From an uncultured Alphaproteobacteria bacterium (lineage in GTDB: Bacteria; Pseudomonadota; Alphaproteobacteria; Rs-D84): a DNA stretch of 64,000 nucleotides. Under the pieces are notes generated by a model. That model ran no database searches, was not told the DNA's origin, and worked only from the letters and a program-made list of their open reading frames with translations. The position numbers and the translations under genes are program-made. The DNA lies in assembly GCA_946188105.1 (NCBI GenBank), contig CAMHTQ010000004.1, positions 41,890 to 105,889 of the forward strand, written 5' to 3'. Numbering within the stretch: the first letter of the stretch is position 1; each line of letters begins with the position of its first letter. Below, in pieces: positions 47,767 through 57,769 of this stretch.

Positions 47767-48804
47767 ATGAAAAAATTTCTGTTAATTATTCCTTTTATTT
47801 GCGGAATTGCCTTTATCAATACGGTTCGTGCCGATGATGTACAAATATGCACCGACCCAGAAACATGCATAACAACCCGTGATGACACAATGCCTTTATG
47901 CAAAGGTGACCTGGCACAAGTTAAATGCGACAGTAATTTTTTAGATCTTTGTAATGCAACCTGCGAACCTTACTATAAAAATTTTCAAAAATGTACTACC
48001 CATGGTTCAAAATCCAACTGTATAAATATAGGTAATTATTGCGATAACAATAAAGTATACATTTATGATACACAAACAAAAAAAACATACCTTATTCCCA
48101 AAGAAGGTGCATCTTGCACCACAACAGGAAGTGACGTTGCAGTTTGCCAATATAACACAACAAATAGTCATCCTGTCCTCAGCTGTACCGCAAAAAAATG
48201 CAAATCAAATTACCACATGTGGTTCTATGATAATAAAGGAACTGGCAAAAACTCTATGGGTGTATGTTATACAAAAACACAAGCAGAAAATTATTGCTTA
48301 AACTGGTGCACAGAAAAATACAAAGATAAAAAATGCACACCTGTATTGAATGGGAAACGCACCACCCAAAATAAATTTAACAACAAAACATACAATTTAA
48401 CTGATGCCTTTATCGGTTGTGAACACGAAACCAAGAAAGGTGAAACCGAAACACAACCTGATAAAACCCCTGAACAAAGTTCTTTCAATTCCGAGGTATT
48501 CTGCGATGCTGAATCCCACAAATGTTTCAGCTATTCTATTTTCGCAGATATAGATTTAAAACTGGATAAATATTTTGCCAAGGGTTCTTCCAGTGTATGG
48601 AAAAATGACGAGGGCAAATTCAATACCGCACGTTTGGCTTCCGACTCTATTGCTGGTGTGGTACTTGGAACTGTTGGCGGTGTTATCACCAGTAACATTA
48701 TTAAAAAGAACCAAATTGAAAATGGATTCGAAGATTTAAAATGCACTATTGGTGGCCAAACTGTCGCAACATTTGGTGATGAATTTAGTGTTGGTATCAG
48801 ATAA
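47767..48804 (+). CDS. Secreted cysteine-rich hypothetical protein
   Basis: Signal peptide and about 30 Cys in the first 230 aa. I recognise no family. Confidence 0.5.
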   Translation: MKKFLLIIPFICGIAFINTVRADDVQICTDPETCITTRDDTMPLCKGDLAQVKCDSNFLDLCNATCEPYYKNFQKCTTHGSKSNCINIGNYCDNNKVYIYDTQTKKTYLIPKEGASCTTTGSDVAVCQYNTTNSHPVLSCTAKKCKSNYHMWFYDNKGTGKNSMGVCYTKTQAENYCLNWCTEKYKDKKCTPVLNGKRTTQNKFNNKTYNLTDAFIGCEHETKKGETETQPDKTPEQSSFNSEVFCDAESHKCFSYSIFADIDLKLDKYFAKGSSSVWKNDEGKFNTARLASDSIAGVVLGTVGGVITSNIIKKNQIENGFEDLKCTIGGQTVATFGDEFSVGIR

Positions 48805-48835
48805 AAAAACGGGCATAATTGCCCGTTTTTTTTTA
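48803..48835 (+). terminator. Rho-independent terminator
   Basis: Hairpin acgggc-ataatt-gcccgt followed by T8. Confidence 0.65.
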
Positions 48836-49612
48836 TATCAAACATATCGGTTTTGGAAAATCGATTATACTGCCAAACAATACGGCAAAAAAGAAACATA
48901 CCGATCCACCAATCACAAATAAATGCCATAATGCATGTGAAAATTTCATGCGACGCCACAAATAAAATACCACACCAATTGAATATGACAATCCGCCAGC
49001 CAAAACAAACCACATTCCACGTGCAGAAATTGTTTCTATCATAGCGGGCAACACAAACAATAATGCCCAACCCATAATTAAATACAATGACACCACCCAT
49101 TTTGGTTGATTATGAGGATTCTTAAATTTCATTATTGCACCAAAAATAACAATCGCCCACATAATACCAAACATGGTCCACCCCAATCCCATATGATGAC
49201 AACGATTTAAATTCACCAGTAAAAATGGAGTGTATGTGCCGGCAATCAGGGCATATATGGCGATACTGTCCCACACTTCGAAAAAACATTCACTCTTTTC
49301 ACCAATCATTGCATGACACATTGTTGAACCAAAATATAAAAAGAACATTGTTGCGCCAAATATAGAACACGAAACAACAGCCCACACATTATGATATAAC
49401 ACTGCATACGCAACCAACATGGCCAATCCAGCAATCGCAAGTCCTATACCAATTCCATGTGTTAAAATGTTTAATACAGATTCCGAATGTGTAACTGGTC
49501 TTTCCCAACGAAAAAGTCCAGTTGCTTGTAACACGCGCAACAAACGTGATGCATGTTTATCTTGATGCACACGTTTTAATTTCGCACGAATTACGCGCTT
49601 TGATTTTGTCAT
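48833..49612 (-). CDS. Hemolysin III family (PAQR/YqfA) membrane protein
   Basis: Seven TM helices and conserved His positions typical of HlyIII. Confidence 0.65.
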   Translation of the reverse strand: MTKSKRVIRAKLKRVHQDKHASRLLRVLQATGLFRWERPVTHSESVLNILTHGIGIGLAIAGLAMLVAYAVLYHNVWAVVSCSIFGATMFFLYFGSTMCHAMIGEKSECFFEVWDSIAIYALIAGTYTPFLLVNLNRCHHMGLGWTMFGIMWAIVIFGAIMKFKNPHNQPKWVVSLYLIMGWALLFVLPAMIETISARGMWFVLAGGLSYSIGVVFYLWRRMKFSHALWHLFVIGGSVCFFFAVLFGSIIDFPKPICLI

Positions 49613-49626
49613 ACTACCCCCTACTC

Positions 49627-50319
49627 TTAATCTTTAAATTCACACAATTTTATCGGTTCTATTTTTATATCAGAAAAATCACCACGCATATTTTTAAACC
49701 GTGTTATATATTCGGGTTTACCCATCATATCTTCTAAAAACAACCGTTGAACTGTATAATGTCCAGAACCAAACATCACAAACACCGTATCATATTTGTT
49801 TAATGCTGTTGTAATATTTTCCACCATAAACTTATCACGTCTTAATTTCAAATATTCCCACATATCCCTGTATACACCGCCATTTGGATTAGGACCATTA
49901 CGCAAAGCTCTATGCACATCATCACTATCAATTTTTTTATCAGGAAACCCGCCCTGTACAATTTTAACCATTTCTTCTTCTGATAAATCAGCAAAAACAA
50001 TTGGAATATGTTTTTGTACTGCACGCACCGCAGCATATGCCAACGTATTTACCTGGAATCCACGTGCTCTGCATTTGTGTTCAAATCCAGCATTTTCCAT
50101 TTCTATTAAAAACACATCTGGCTTTATACCAAATTCATCACCCAAACAATGATCCAGCATATCAAATGATATATTTAAACCATGATCATCAGCCATATAA
50201 ACCAACGTTTTATTATTTGATTTAAACACAGCAACAAACGGAGAACTATCAACAAAATTCGCTATTTTTTCCGCTTTATCCCATGAACATAATAAATCAA
50301 AATTTGGTTTAAATTGCAT
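49627..50319 (-). CDS. Hypothetical protein, possibly TraB/GumN-like
   Basis: C-terminal ..VFVMFGSGHY.. resembles the TraB/GumN GxGH motif. The assignment is weak. Confidence 0.4.
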   Translation of the reverse strand: MQFKPNFDLLCSWDKAEKIANFVDSSPFVAVFKSNNKTLVYMADDHGLNISFDMLDHCLGDEFGIKPDVFLIEMENAGFEHKCRARGFQVNTLAYAAVRAVQKHIPIVFADLSEEEMVKIVQGGFPDKKIDSDDVHRALRNGPNPNGGVYRDMWEYLKLRRDKFMVENITTALNKYDTVFVMFGSGHYTVQRLFLEDMMGKPEYITRFKNMRGDFSDIKIEPIKLCEFKD

Positions 50320-51883
50320 TTTTAACTCTTTCTTTAACTCTTTGCTCCCCCATAACCTGCATTACAGAATATAAATCTGGGGTATTTGTACGACCGGTTA
50401 CCGCAACACGCAAATTCATTGCAACATCGCCATTTTTAATACCCAGTTTTGTTGCAACCGCAACAATTTTATTCCACCAAGTATCTTTATCATCGGCAAT
50501 ATCAAACGTTGCCAAGAATTCATTTAACGCATCTTTATTAAATTCAAATTCTTTATTTGGAACAAATAAATCATCCCAGAAATATGCAATCTCGGACAAG
50601 GTTTGTTTCCATGTAATAAAATCTTTTCTGATACGTTTTGGATTATCACGTTCAATAGACAATGCACCAGTCAAATAATCAATGTCACGGATTTGCTCTT
50701 TATGCACGGAATCCCCGTATTCATTCACCCAATCAACAATTTTTTGAACCAATTCAGATACAGGTAAAGTTGCGATATGTTCCTTGGCCCACCATTCCAA
50801 CTTTTTCATATCAAACAAGCCACCAGACATTGGAATCTTTTTAGGTTTCATTTCATATTCCCAAAAAGATTTAACCTGGCCTTTTAATTTTGCTTCTTCA
50901 TATCCAGATGCCAAAATATTTCCGATATATTCAATCAACGCAACCGTCGGCCACCCTGCTGCAAAGAAAAATTCAACGTTTAATTCTGGGTCTTTACGTT
51001 TAGACATCTTTCGCTGTTTTCCAGTTTCTTCATCAATTTTATCCAATGTAGCAGTATGGATATAAAGCGGCGGATTCCAGCCCATCATACGAAACAACTG
51101 ATAATGTAATGGTAACGAAGGCAACCATTCTTCACCACGAACAACGTGTGTAGTATGCATAAAATGGTCGTCACATAAATGTGCAAAATGATATGTTGGC
51201 AATCCATCATTTGATTTAATCAAAACCAAATCTTCATTATTTTCTGGAAAAGAAATTGAACCACGAACGGCGTCTTTACAGAAAATACGTTGTTCTGGAT
51301 TACAAGTTGAATACAAACGAATCGATGGAACCTCGCCATTATCCAAATGTTTAATTATTTCTTCTTCGCTAATATCACGATCACGTGCAAATTCACCATA
51401 AATACCTGTGGCAAAACCTGCTGCATTTTGTTTTGCACGGATTTCTTCCATCTCAGTCGCAGTTAAAAAGCAAGGATATGCCAAACCCTTGGCCAACAAA
51501 TCAGCCGCAACAGAACGATAAATATCTTTACGTTGCGATTGAAAATACGGGCCATATTTTTCATCATTATTATACTTAAAACCGAATCTGCGCATATTAT
51601 TCTTAACAATATCAACTGCACCTTCAACCTCGCGTTTAGTATCTGTATCTTCTATACGCAACATAAATACACCACCAGATTGAGAAGCCAATTTAAAATC
51701 AATCAATGCGCTATACAAATTACCAAGATGCATAAAGCCCGTTGGGCTTGGTGCGAATCGGGTAACATATGCACCCTCGGGCAAATTCCGTGCTGGGAAT
51801 TTTTCCTCTAATTCTGCAATCGTATATTTTGGTTTCGCGCCCAAGACGCGTTCAATCAAATCTGGCTTCAATCCATTACGCAT
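50309..51883 (-). CDS. gltX: Glutamate--tRNA ligase with an N-terminal extension
   Basis: HIGH-like ..SPTGFMHLGN.. and KMSKS (KMSKRK). Its 3' end overlaps the downstream ORF by 11 nt. Confidence 0.85.
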   Translation of the reverse strand: MRNGLKPDLIERVLGAKPKYTIAELEEKFPARNLPEGAYVTRFAPSPTGFMHLGNLYSALIDFKLASQSGGVFMLRIEDTDTKREVEGAVDIVKNNMRRFGFKYNNDEKYGPYFQSQRKDIYRSVAADLLAKGLAYPCFLTATEMEEIRAKQNAAGFATGIYGEFARDRDISEEEIIKHLDNGEVPSIRLYSTCNPEQRIFCKDAVRGSISFPENNEDLVLIKSNDGLPTYHFAHLCDDHFMHTTHVVRGEEWLPSLPLHYQLFRMMGWNPPLYIHTATLDKIDEETGKQRKMSKRKDPELNVEFFFAAGWPTVALIEYIGNILASGYEEAKLKGQVKSFWEYEMKPKKIPMSGGLFDMKKLEWWAKEHIATLPVSELVQKIVDWVNEYGDSVHKEQIRDIDYLTGALSIERDNPKRIRKDFITWKQTLSEIAYFWDDLFVPNKEFEFNKDALNEFLATFDIADDKDTWWNKIVAVATKLGIKNGDVAMNLRVAVTGRTNTPDLYSVMQVMGEQRVKERVKNAI

Positions 51884-51929
51884 TTTTGTTTTCCTTGTGT
51901 TTATAACTTTATGATTTTATACTAATTAT

Positions 51930-52568
51930 ATGGAAAAACAAGAAATAAGAACATTTGGTCGTCGTCATGGCAAAAAATTATCTGCCCGCAAACAATTTTT
52001 GTTGGACAATATTTTGCCGGCCTTTTTGCCAAAAAATATCAAAAACACCGGGAATTTAATTCTGGAAATTGGTTTTGGTAATGGTGAACATGTACGCGAT
52101 TTGGCAATACGTCACCCCGATTCGATAATTATCGGTGCAGAACCATTTATGAACGGTGTTGCCGCCTTACTTTCGGCTATAACAAGCGAATCGGATAATC
52201 AAATTTTACAAGAATACAAAAATATTCGTATTTGGCCGGACGATGTCCGTAAATTATTACACGATTCGGAATTAAAATTTTCTGAAATTTGGGTTCTGCA
52301 CCCTGACCCTTGGCCCAAGGCCAGACATGAAAAACGTCGGTTATTAAATTCTGATTTCTTGAAATTGCTGGGCACATTTCTGGATACAAACGGACAAATA
52401 ATTATCGGCACAGACCATTGGGAATATTTCGATTGGATTGTGAACGAGGTTAAAAAAACTTCTCTATATGCATCGTTTCCGCCACTTTCTGTTATTCACA
52501 CACGTTATGCTGAAAAAAATATGGCCGAAACGGACACCCCAAAATATTTGGTTTTAACCAATCAATAA
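51930..52568 (+). CDS. trmB: tRNA (guanine46-N7)-methyltransferase
   Basis: ..EIGFGNGEH...GAEP.. SAM-binding TrmB pattern. Confidence 0.8.
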   Translation: MEKQEIRTFGRRHGKKLSARKQFLLDNILPAFLPKNIKNTGNLILEIGFGNGEHVRDLAIRHPDSIIIGAEPFMNGVAALLSAITSESDNQILQEYKNIRIWPDDVRKLLHDSELKFSEIWVLHPDPWPKARHEKRRLLNSDFLKLLGTFLDTNGQIIIGTDHWEYFDWIVNEVKKTSLYASFPPLSVIHTRYAEKNMAETDTPKYLVLTNQ

Positions 52569-53230
52569 CTGACAAAACATTTTAGCTTTAAATCCGGACA
52601 CCCAGCACAAGCCAACCTGTACACCTGCTCTGCCCTAGTATAACTCTCATTTAACAAAACATGTAATTCCATATCTGGATTCGCATTCCATCCAGACAAT
52701 GCCGCATAAATGCGCCCAGTAAAATCAGATTTTTCTTTATCTTCATGGCTTAATATCAGTAACAATGCCGATGCCTGTATTTTCTTTAACGATTCGAAAA
52801 CCCGTTCCCAATCTAATGGCCAAACATCAAATATATCCAAACCTATACACAAATCTTTGTTAAAAAACAAATCCGCACGCACAGACACAAACGAATCGAC
52901 GAATCGTTCTAAATCAGACAATTTAACAATAATTTGTGCAGCATCAGCCCCATTTTTAAATGCTGTCTTTATATCAACCGCCAATTCCGACATAGTATGT
53001 TCATTGATATTTGCAACATTAAAACGGGTCATCAATTTTAAATTTAACTTTTCTAACCATGGCCAAACAACCTTTATCTCATTTGGTGCCACCGATACTG
53101 CAGGAATCTTCATATCGGTAATAAATTCGGCCGCCCCAGCCAAATCAGCCCCATCACTGCCATCTGGTACCCATAATGATATTGTTTTTACAACGTCCTC
53201 GTCATTAAAAATTTCTTTTATATCTATCAT
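52562..53230 (-). CDS. Hypothetical protein
   Basis: 222-aa ORF convergent with trmB, overlapping it by 7 nt. I recognise no family. Confidence 0.4.
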   Translation of the reverse strand: MIDIKEIFNDEDVVKTISLWVPDGSDGADLAGAAEFITDMKIPAVSVAPNEIKVVWPWLEKLNLKLMTRFNVANINEHTMSELAVDIKTAFKNGADAAQIIVKLSDLERFVDSFVSVRADLFFNKDLCIGLDIFDVWPLDWERVFESLKKIQASALLLILSHEDKEKSDFTGRIYAALSGWNANPDMELHVLLNESYTRAEQVYRLACAGCPDLKLKCFVSY

Positions 53231-53272
53231 AATACTTTCTAGTTTATCATAAATATGATATAATTAAAACAA

Positions 53273-54190
53273 ATGAAATTATCAGAACGTGTAAATCTTT
53301 TATTGCTTGGAACATTATGGACATTGGCCATAGTGCTGATATTGGATTTTTGGTTAAATACGGCATATAACTTTAACATTTTTTCCAGCGACCATTGGAA
53401 ATTCGTATCTAATTTACAGGCCACAAATCAACATATCGCTTCCGGATTTTATGTTGCAATTATATTGGCTGTGGTTGCTTGTATCACTGGTTTATATGTC
53501 CTATTTCGTCCTAAATTCAGGAAAATAGAATTAAACCAACCAACAAAACCAACATCTGTTCCACAACCAACACAACAACCAATTCAAAAACCGGAACCTG
53601 TTCAGCAACCAAATAACATTGCACCAGCACAACCGGTACAACCAAACATTCAAAAACCTGTGATGCAACGGCCACCACATTTACATATACAAATGCCACA
53701 AAACCCACCCAGACAACCGGTTACAAACACAAATCCACAACCATCTGTAACCACTAAACCAAAACACCCAGAATTGCTGTATGTGGATGAAATGCGGGCT
53801 GCATTTGACAAAAATGGGTACAAGGTATTATCACCCAAGATTATTTCTGGGACACCATTGTCTTTGATAGCATTGGGAACAAATGAAACATTATGGTTGG
53901 GGGCTGCAAATATTTCTCACGAACAAATGACAGATATCATTTTGTCATTTAAAAAGATTTTCCAAGAAACCCTAGAAGATATTGAAATTGATATAAATTC
54001 GTTTATTATAAACCCAACAGACACAGATTCTGTGGATGCAATTTTGGACCTTAAAACGATTGAAGAATTACCGTCTGCAATTGCAAATATTCCAAATGCC
54101 CCAGAGTCCGAGTTTGATAAAGAATCTGACAATATGAATGCTTTTGCTGGCTATATTGAAACAGTATTAACATATTTGGGAAATAAATAA
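53273..54190 (+). CDS. Hypothetical membrane protein with a Pro/Gln-rich linker and a C-terminal globular domain
   Basis: Two N-terminal TM helices, then a PQ-rich region, then ..NGYKVLSPKIISGTPLSLIALGTNETLWLG... First gene of a four-gene operon. Confidence 0.5.
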   Translation: MKLSERVNLLLLGTLWTLAIVLILDFWLNTAYNFNIFSSDHWKFVSNLQATNQHIASGFYVAIILAVVACITGLYVLFRPKFRKIELNQPTKPTSVPQPTQQPIQKPEPVQQPNNIAPAQPVQPNIQKPVMQRPPHLHIQMPQNPPRQPVTNTNPQPSVTTKPKHPELLYVDEMRAAFDKNGYKVLSPKIISGTPLSLIALGTNETLWLGAANISHEQMTDIILSFKKIFQETLEDIEIDINSFIINPTDTDSVDAILDLKTIEELPSAIANIPNAPESEFDKESDNMNAFAGYIETVLTYLGNK

Positions 54191-54693
54191 TGAAAATATC
54201 AGAAAGCACTGCAATCGCAAGAATATCTGATCTGGGTATGGATGATATGCCGGTGGTTGAATATACTCCAAAACCAACAAAACTGCCAGAAAATTGGTTC
54301 ACTAAATATCGTGAATTGTGCCATAAATTTATGGAATCTTTGACAGAATGTTCCACAGAAATCGCATTTATGAATTTATCACAAAATGAATTTATGGCGC
54401 TGATTACAGGTCGTGCCCTGCCACGCAACACATCAATCAGATGGCGGATTCCAATCACAATGGGTGGGGAAATGTCAATCGACAATATGTTTCTATGCCG
54501 CACTTTTCCACACTCACAAAATCTGGACAGATTTATTCTCGAACAGTCAGGCAACGAAACAATATGGTTACCCAATCCGGCCAAGGCAATATACGTTCCT
54601 TCACATACGGCCAGTGGCGGTGCCGGCGGTAACGCAACATCTGACCGTCTGTCACAAATGGCGGCACAATTATCTGGTAATACCCTGGAATAA
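54190..54693 (+). CDS. Hypothetical protein
   Basis: Start overlaps the upstream stop (TAATG). I recognise no family. Confidence 0.45.
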   Translation: MKISESTAIARISDLGMDDMPVVEYTPKPTKLPENWFTKYRELCHKFMESLTECSTEIAFMNLSQNEFMALITGRALPRNTSIRWRIPITMGGEMSIDNMFLCRTFPHSQNLDRFILEQSGNETIWLPNPAKAIYVPSHTASGGAGGNATSDRLSQMAAQLSGNTLE

Positions 54694-54712
54694 AAGCGAT
54701 AAAGGTGTACAA

Positions 54713-55147
54713 ATGAATTTGGATGAATTTTTATCTACTATAAAAACCAAAGGTGCACTTATTTGGGGGCCTTGCAATGTTCGTGCCATAGAATATGCAA
54801 ATTCACTGTTACAACAAAAGAAATGTGCAATGCTGCCAAAGTTTATGCTGGATTTATACACAAAAACGGCTGGCATCAACCTGGGTGTCGGTTATATTTT
54901 TGGACCATCTGAATTACCAAACGGGAAAAATTTTCCAATCCCAGATATTGTTAAAATAAACGATGAAATTCGTAATATTCCGTCCCTACACAATAAAACA
55001 TTATTTGCTAGAAACGATTTATTTTGGTTTGCATTTGATGTGTTTGGTAAATGTTATATGTTGAACAACACAACTGGTACAATATTACGTACATATGATG
55101 ATCCATACCGTGCATTGTACGATTGTTTAATGGGTGGAAAAATATAA
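54713..55147 (+). CDS. Hypothetical protein
   Basis: The ATG with a GGTG RBS, in-frame within the longer ORF-track ORF that begins at 54413. Confidence 0.4.
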   Translation: MNLDEFLSTIKTKGALIWGPCNVRAIEYANSLLQQKKCAMLPKFMLDLYTKTAGINLGVGYIFGPSELPNGKNFPIPDIVKINDEIRNIPSLHNKTLFARNDLFWFAFDVFGKCYMLNNTTGTILRTYDDPYRALYDCLMGGKI

Positions 55148-55148
55148 A

Positions 55149-55352
55149 ATGAAAAAAATATCTATATCTTTATCAGGACACCAAACCAGTATTTCACTGG
55201 AACCAGAATTTATCGCAGAATTACAACGCATAGCGCACGAAAACAAAAAATCTGTCGCATCCATTATTTCTGACATAGATTCATCACGCCCAGCACACTC
55301 TAACCTGTCATCCGCTATACGTGTATGGATATTGAATTCAGTTCGTAAATAA
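55149..55352 (+). CDS. Ribbon-helix-helix (RHH_4-like) small DNA-binding protein
   Basis: MKKISISLSGHQTSISLEPEF..LQRIA...SVASIIS.ID...NLSSAIRVWIL matches the alphaproteobacterial RHH family pattern. Confidence 0.55.
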   Translation: MKKISISLSGHQTSISLEPEFIAELQRIAHENKKSVASIISDIDSSRPAHSNLSSAIRVWILNSVRK

Positions 55353-55355
55353 AAA

Positions 55356-57299
55356 TTACTTCTTTTTTTCTATTCTATATGCAATAAATCCGCCAATTAC
55401 ACTAATCATCAAAATTATTAAAAACCATGCATCACGACCTAATAATCTGTATAATGTCATATGACTGCCACGAACTGTGCCATCTAAAATACCTGACTGC
55501 CCTATTGGTAAACTGGATATAATTTTACCATCCGCACCAATAAACGCACTAATACCAGAATAATTAGCCCTGATTACAGGCATTCCATATTCAATTGCCC
55601 CCCGACGTGCCATATCCATATGTTGATATGTTCCAGGTGTCGCACCAAACCAAGTATCATTTGACACATTTATAATTGCATCTGCAACCTCATCTTTAAT
55701 AACCGCATCTGAAAAAATAATTTCATAACATACAGCCGGTGCAAAAACGAATTTCTTGTCTTTATTTATCTGTAACGCAATTGTTCTGGCACCACCCCCA
55801 GATGTTAAATTAGCAGGTGTCGGCACAAACTTAATCGGGCCATATTCACCAAACGGAACCAAATGGGATTTACCATAAAATTCAATCATTTTTCCAGAAC
55901 TATCAGATATAGCCAATGCGTTATAAACCTTTCTGTCATAATCAACAACATTTGCACCAATTAAAACCGGTATTTTTAATTGCTTCGCAATCGGCATATA
56001 ATCATCAGGCATTAACGCAAATGGATAAGATGTTTCAGGATATAAAGCAACATCTACATTTGACACATCACCAGCCATTTTTACCAATTCTTCGACCCGA
56101 GCTTCTGCCCGATTTAATGCATCCGCACGCGATAAAGCAATCTTGGACTCTTGTGTTGTAACTGGTTGCACAATACGCACAACAATCGAATTTTCACCCA
56201 AATTTGATACAGATATATTGTTATACCCATATCCCATTCCAACACACAATAAAATAAAGAAAAATCCAAAAGAAACCCAATTTACTTTGTTTGCCCTGTT
56301 ATGTAAAATCTGTACAACCGACGCAATCATACCCATTATAACAAATGTCAGCCCCAATGCACCAAACAAAGACATAGAGTTAGAAATCACACCACTGGAC
56401 AATGTTATATTTGAAATTGGATTCCATGGAAATCCAGTTAAAAACCATTCACGCAACCATAAAACAAATGTACAACCAAATGCGAACACAAATGGCTTTA
56501 CGCCTGATTTAGTGTATATACATTGTGTAAATACATACGGAATAACAAAGAATATAATACCAAAAATTCCAATTCCGATTAACGCTGGCACGGTCCAAAC
56601 TGCAAATTGTTTTGTTATTTCTGGAACAACATAAATAGAATGCACAGTCCACCAAAACATAGAAATTGAATACATGGCACCAAACGGCATTGCCCGTAAC
56701 CAAGCCCGCCAAAAACCGATTTTTTCATTATCTAAACACAATAACCAATATGCACCTGCAATTGCTAAAACTGTTACCCACCACATATTAAATGGCGCAA
56801 ACCCTAATGACGCAACCCCACCAAACAATGCACATAAAAGATATTTCCACCATGCAAATTTTTTTGTATTTTCATCCATATATGGATTTTTTATTCTCAA
56901 TTTTTTCAATACAGCAATTTCTTTTGATTCCATCACTTTGGCCTGAGCATCCGTTAAATGATCATATCCCAACAAATGAAACATGCCATGCACAACCATA
57001 TGCGCAACATGATCTTCGACAGAAATTTTAGCATCTTTGGCCTCGTGAACAACAGTATCTAATGAAATATAAATATCACCCAACAATATATCATCACCTA
57101 ATTCAAAAGATAAAACATTCGTGGGCTTATCCATATCACGATACATTTTATTCAATGCATGAATTTCATCATCATCAACCAAAGTAATCGAAACTTCAGA
57201 TTTTTTATATTTTATTCCAACGACCGCATTTGCAATTTTTTCAAAATTGATATTATATTTTTTCCAACGCTTATCATTATAATTAACAAAAACCTTCAT
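55356..57299 (-). CDS. lnt: Apparent in-frame fusion of the rRNA maturation RNase YbeY (N-terminal ~140 aa) with apolipoprotein N-acyltransferase Lnt
   Basis: YbeY motif ..HMVVHGMFHLLGYDH.. in the first ~140 aa. From ..MDENTKKFAWWK.. onward there is the Lnt multi-TM region plus a CN-hydrolase domain. No stop separates them in the 647-aa ORF. Confidence 0.7.
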   Translation of the reverse strand: MKVFVNYNDKRWKKYNINFEKIANAVVGIKYKKSEVSITLVDDDEIHALNKMYRDMDKPTNVLSFELGDDILLGDIYISLDTVVHEAKDAKISVEDHVAHMVVHGMFHLLGYDHLTDAQAKVMESKEIAVLKKLRIKNPYMDENTKKFAWWKYLLCALFGGVASLGFAPFNMWWVTVLAIAGAYWLLCLDNEKIGFWRAWLRAMPFGAMYSISMFWWTVHSIYVVPEITKQFAVWTVPALIGIGIFGIIFFVIPYVFTQCIYTKSGVKPFVFAFGCTFVLWLREWFLTGFPWNPISNITLSSGVISNSMSLFGALGLTFVIMGMIASVVQILHNRANKVNWVSFGFFFILLCVGMGYGYNNISVSNLGENSIVVRIVQPVTTQESKIALSRADALNRAEARVEELVKMAGDVSNVDVALYPETSYPFALMPDDYMPIAKQLKIPVLIGANVVDYDRKVYNALAISDSSGKMIEFYGKSHLVPFGEYGPIKFVPTPANLTSGGGARTIALQINKDKKFVFAPAVCYEIIFSDAVIKDEVADAIINVSNDTWFGATPGTYQHMDMARRGAIEYGMPVIRANYSGISAFIGADGKIISSLPIGQSGILDGTVRGSHMTLYRLLGRDAWFLIILMISVIGGFIAYRIEKKK

Positions 57300-57334
57300 T
57301 CCGTCACCTCTATATGCATTGTTTCTGCGTTTTT

Positions 57335-57697
57335 TTATTTTTTACCCAGCCCTGTTTTTTTTGCAATTTTTGAACGTAACTTTGCATATCCAGGTGCAAC
57401 CACAGGATAATCATCTGGTAAATCCCATTTTGCTCGATATTGTTCTGGGGTCATATTATAACGTCTTTTTAAATATCTGCGTAACATAACATGCCAAGTT
57501 CCATCTTCCAGACATTGAATTTTATCATGCTGTACCGAATCGGCAATTTGTTGTGGTGTAACAGATGTTCCACGCAATGTGGCTCTGGCCGCATTTACCG
57601 CATCAGTCATAGACAAAGACGGATCGTGTGCCATAGCCGCAGCAGCCAAATTAGCAACAGCCAATGTAAACTCACTATTTTTTATATTATTTACCAT
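57335..57697 (-). CDS. mucR: MucR/Ros-family transcriptional regulator
   Basis: ..TPEQYRAKWDLPDDYPVVAPGYA..RS.IAKK.GLG is the Ros/MucR C-terminal signature. Confidence 0.75.
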   Translation of the reverse strand: MVNNIKNSEFTLAVANLAAAAMAHDPSLSMTDAVNAARATLRGTSVTPQQIADSVQHDKIQCLEDGTWHVMLRRYLKRRYNMTPEQYRAKWDLPDDYPVVAPGYAKLRSKIAKKTGLGKK

Positions 57698-57769
57698 TTG
57701 CCAAAAATCCTTTTATTTACTACAATTATACCACAAATAAACAACAAATAAACTGAAAGTCAAATTATA

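Noticed and set aside
52590-52625. A locally GC-rich stretch (ccggacacccagcacaagccaacctgtacacctgctctgccc) that looked like a possible insertion or repeat.
   Set aside because: It lies within the 3' end of the 222-aa ORF coding frame (..LACAGCPDLKLK..) and has no repeat partner.
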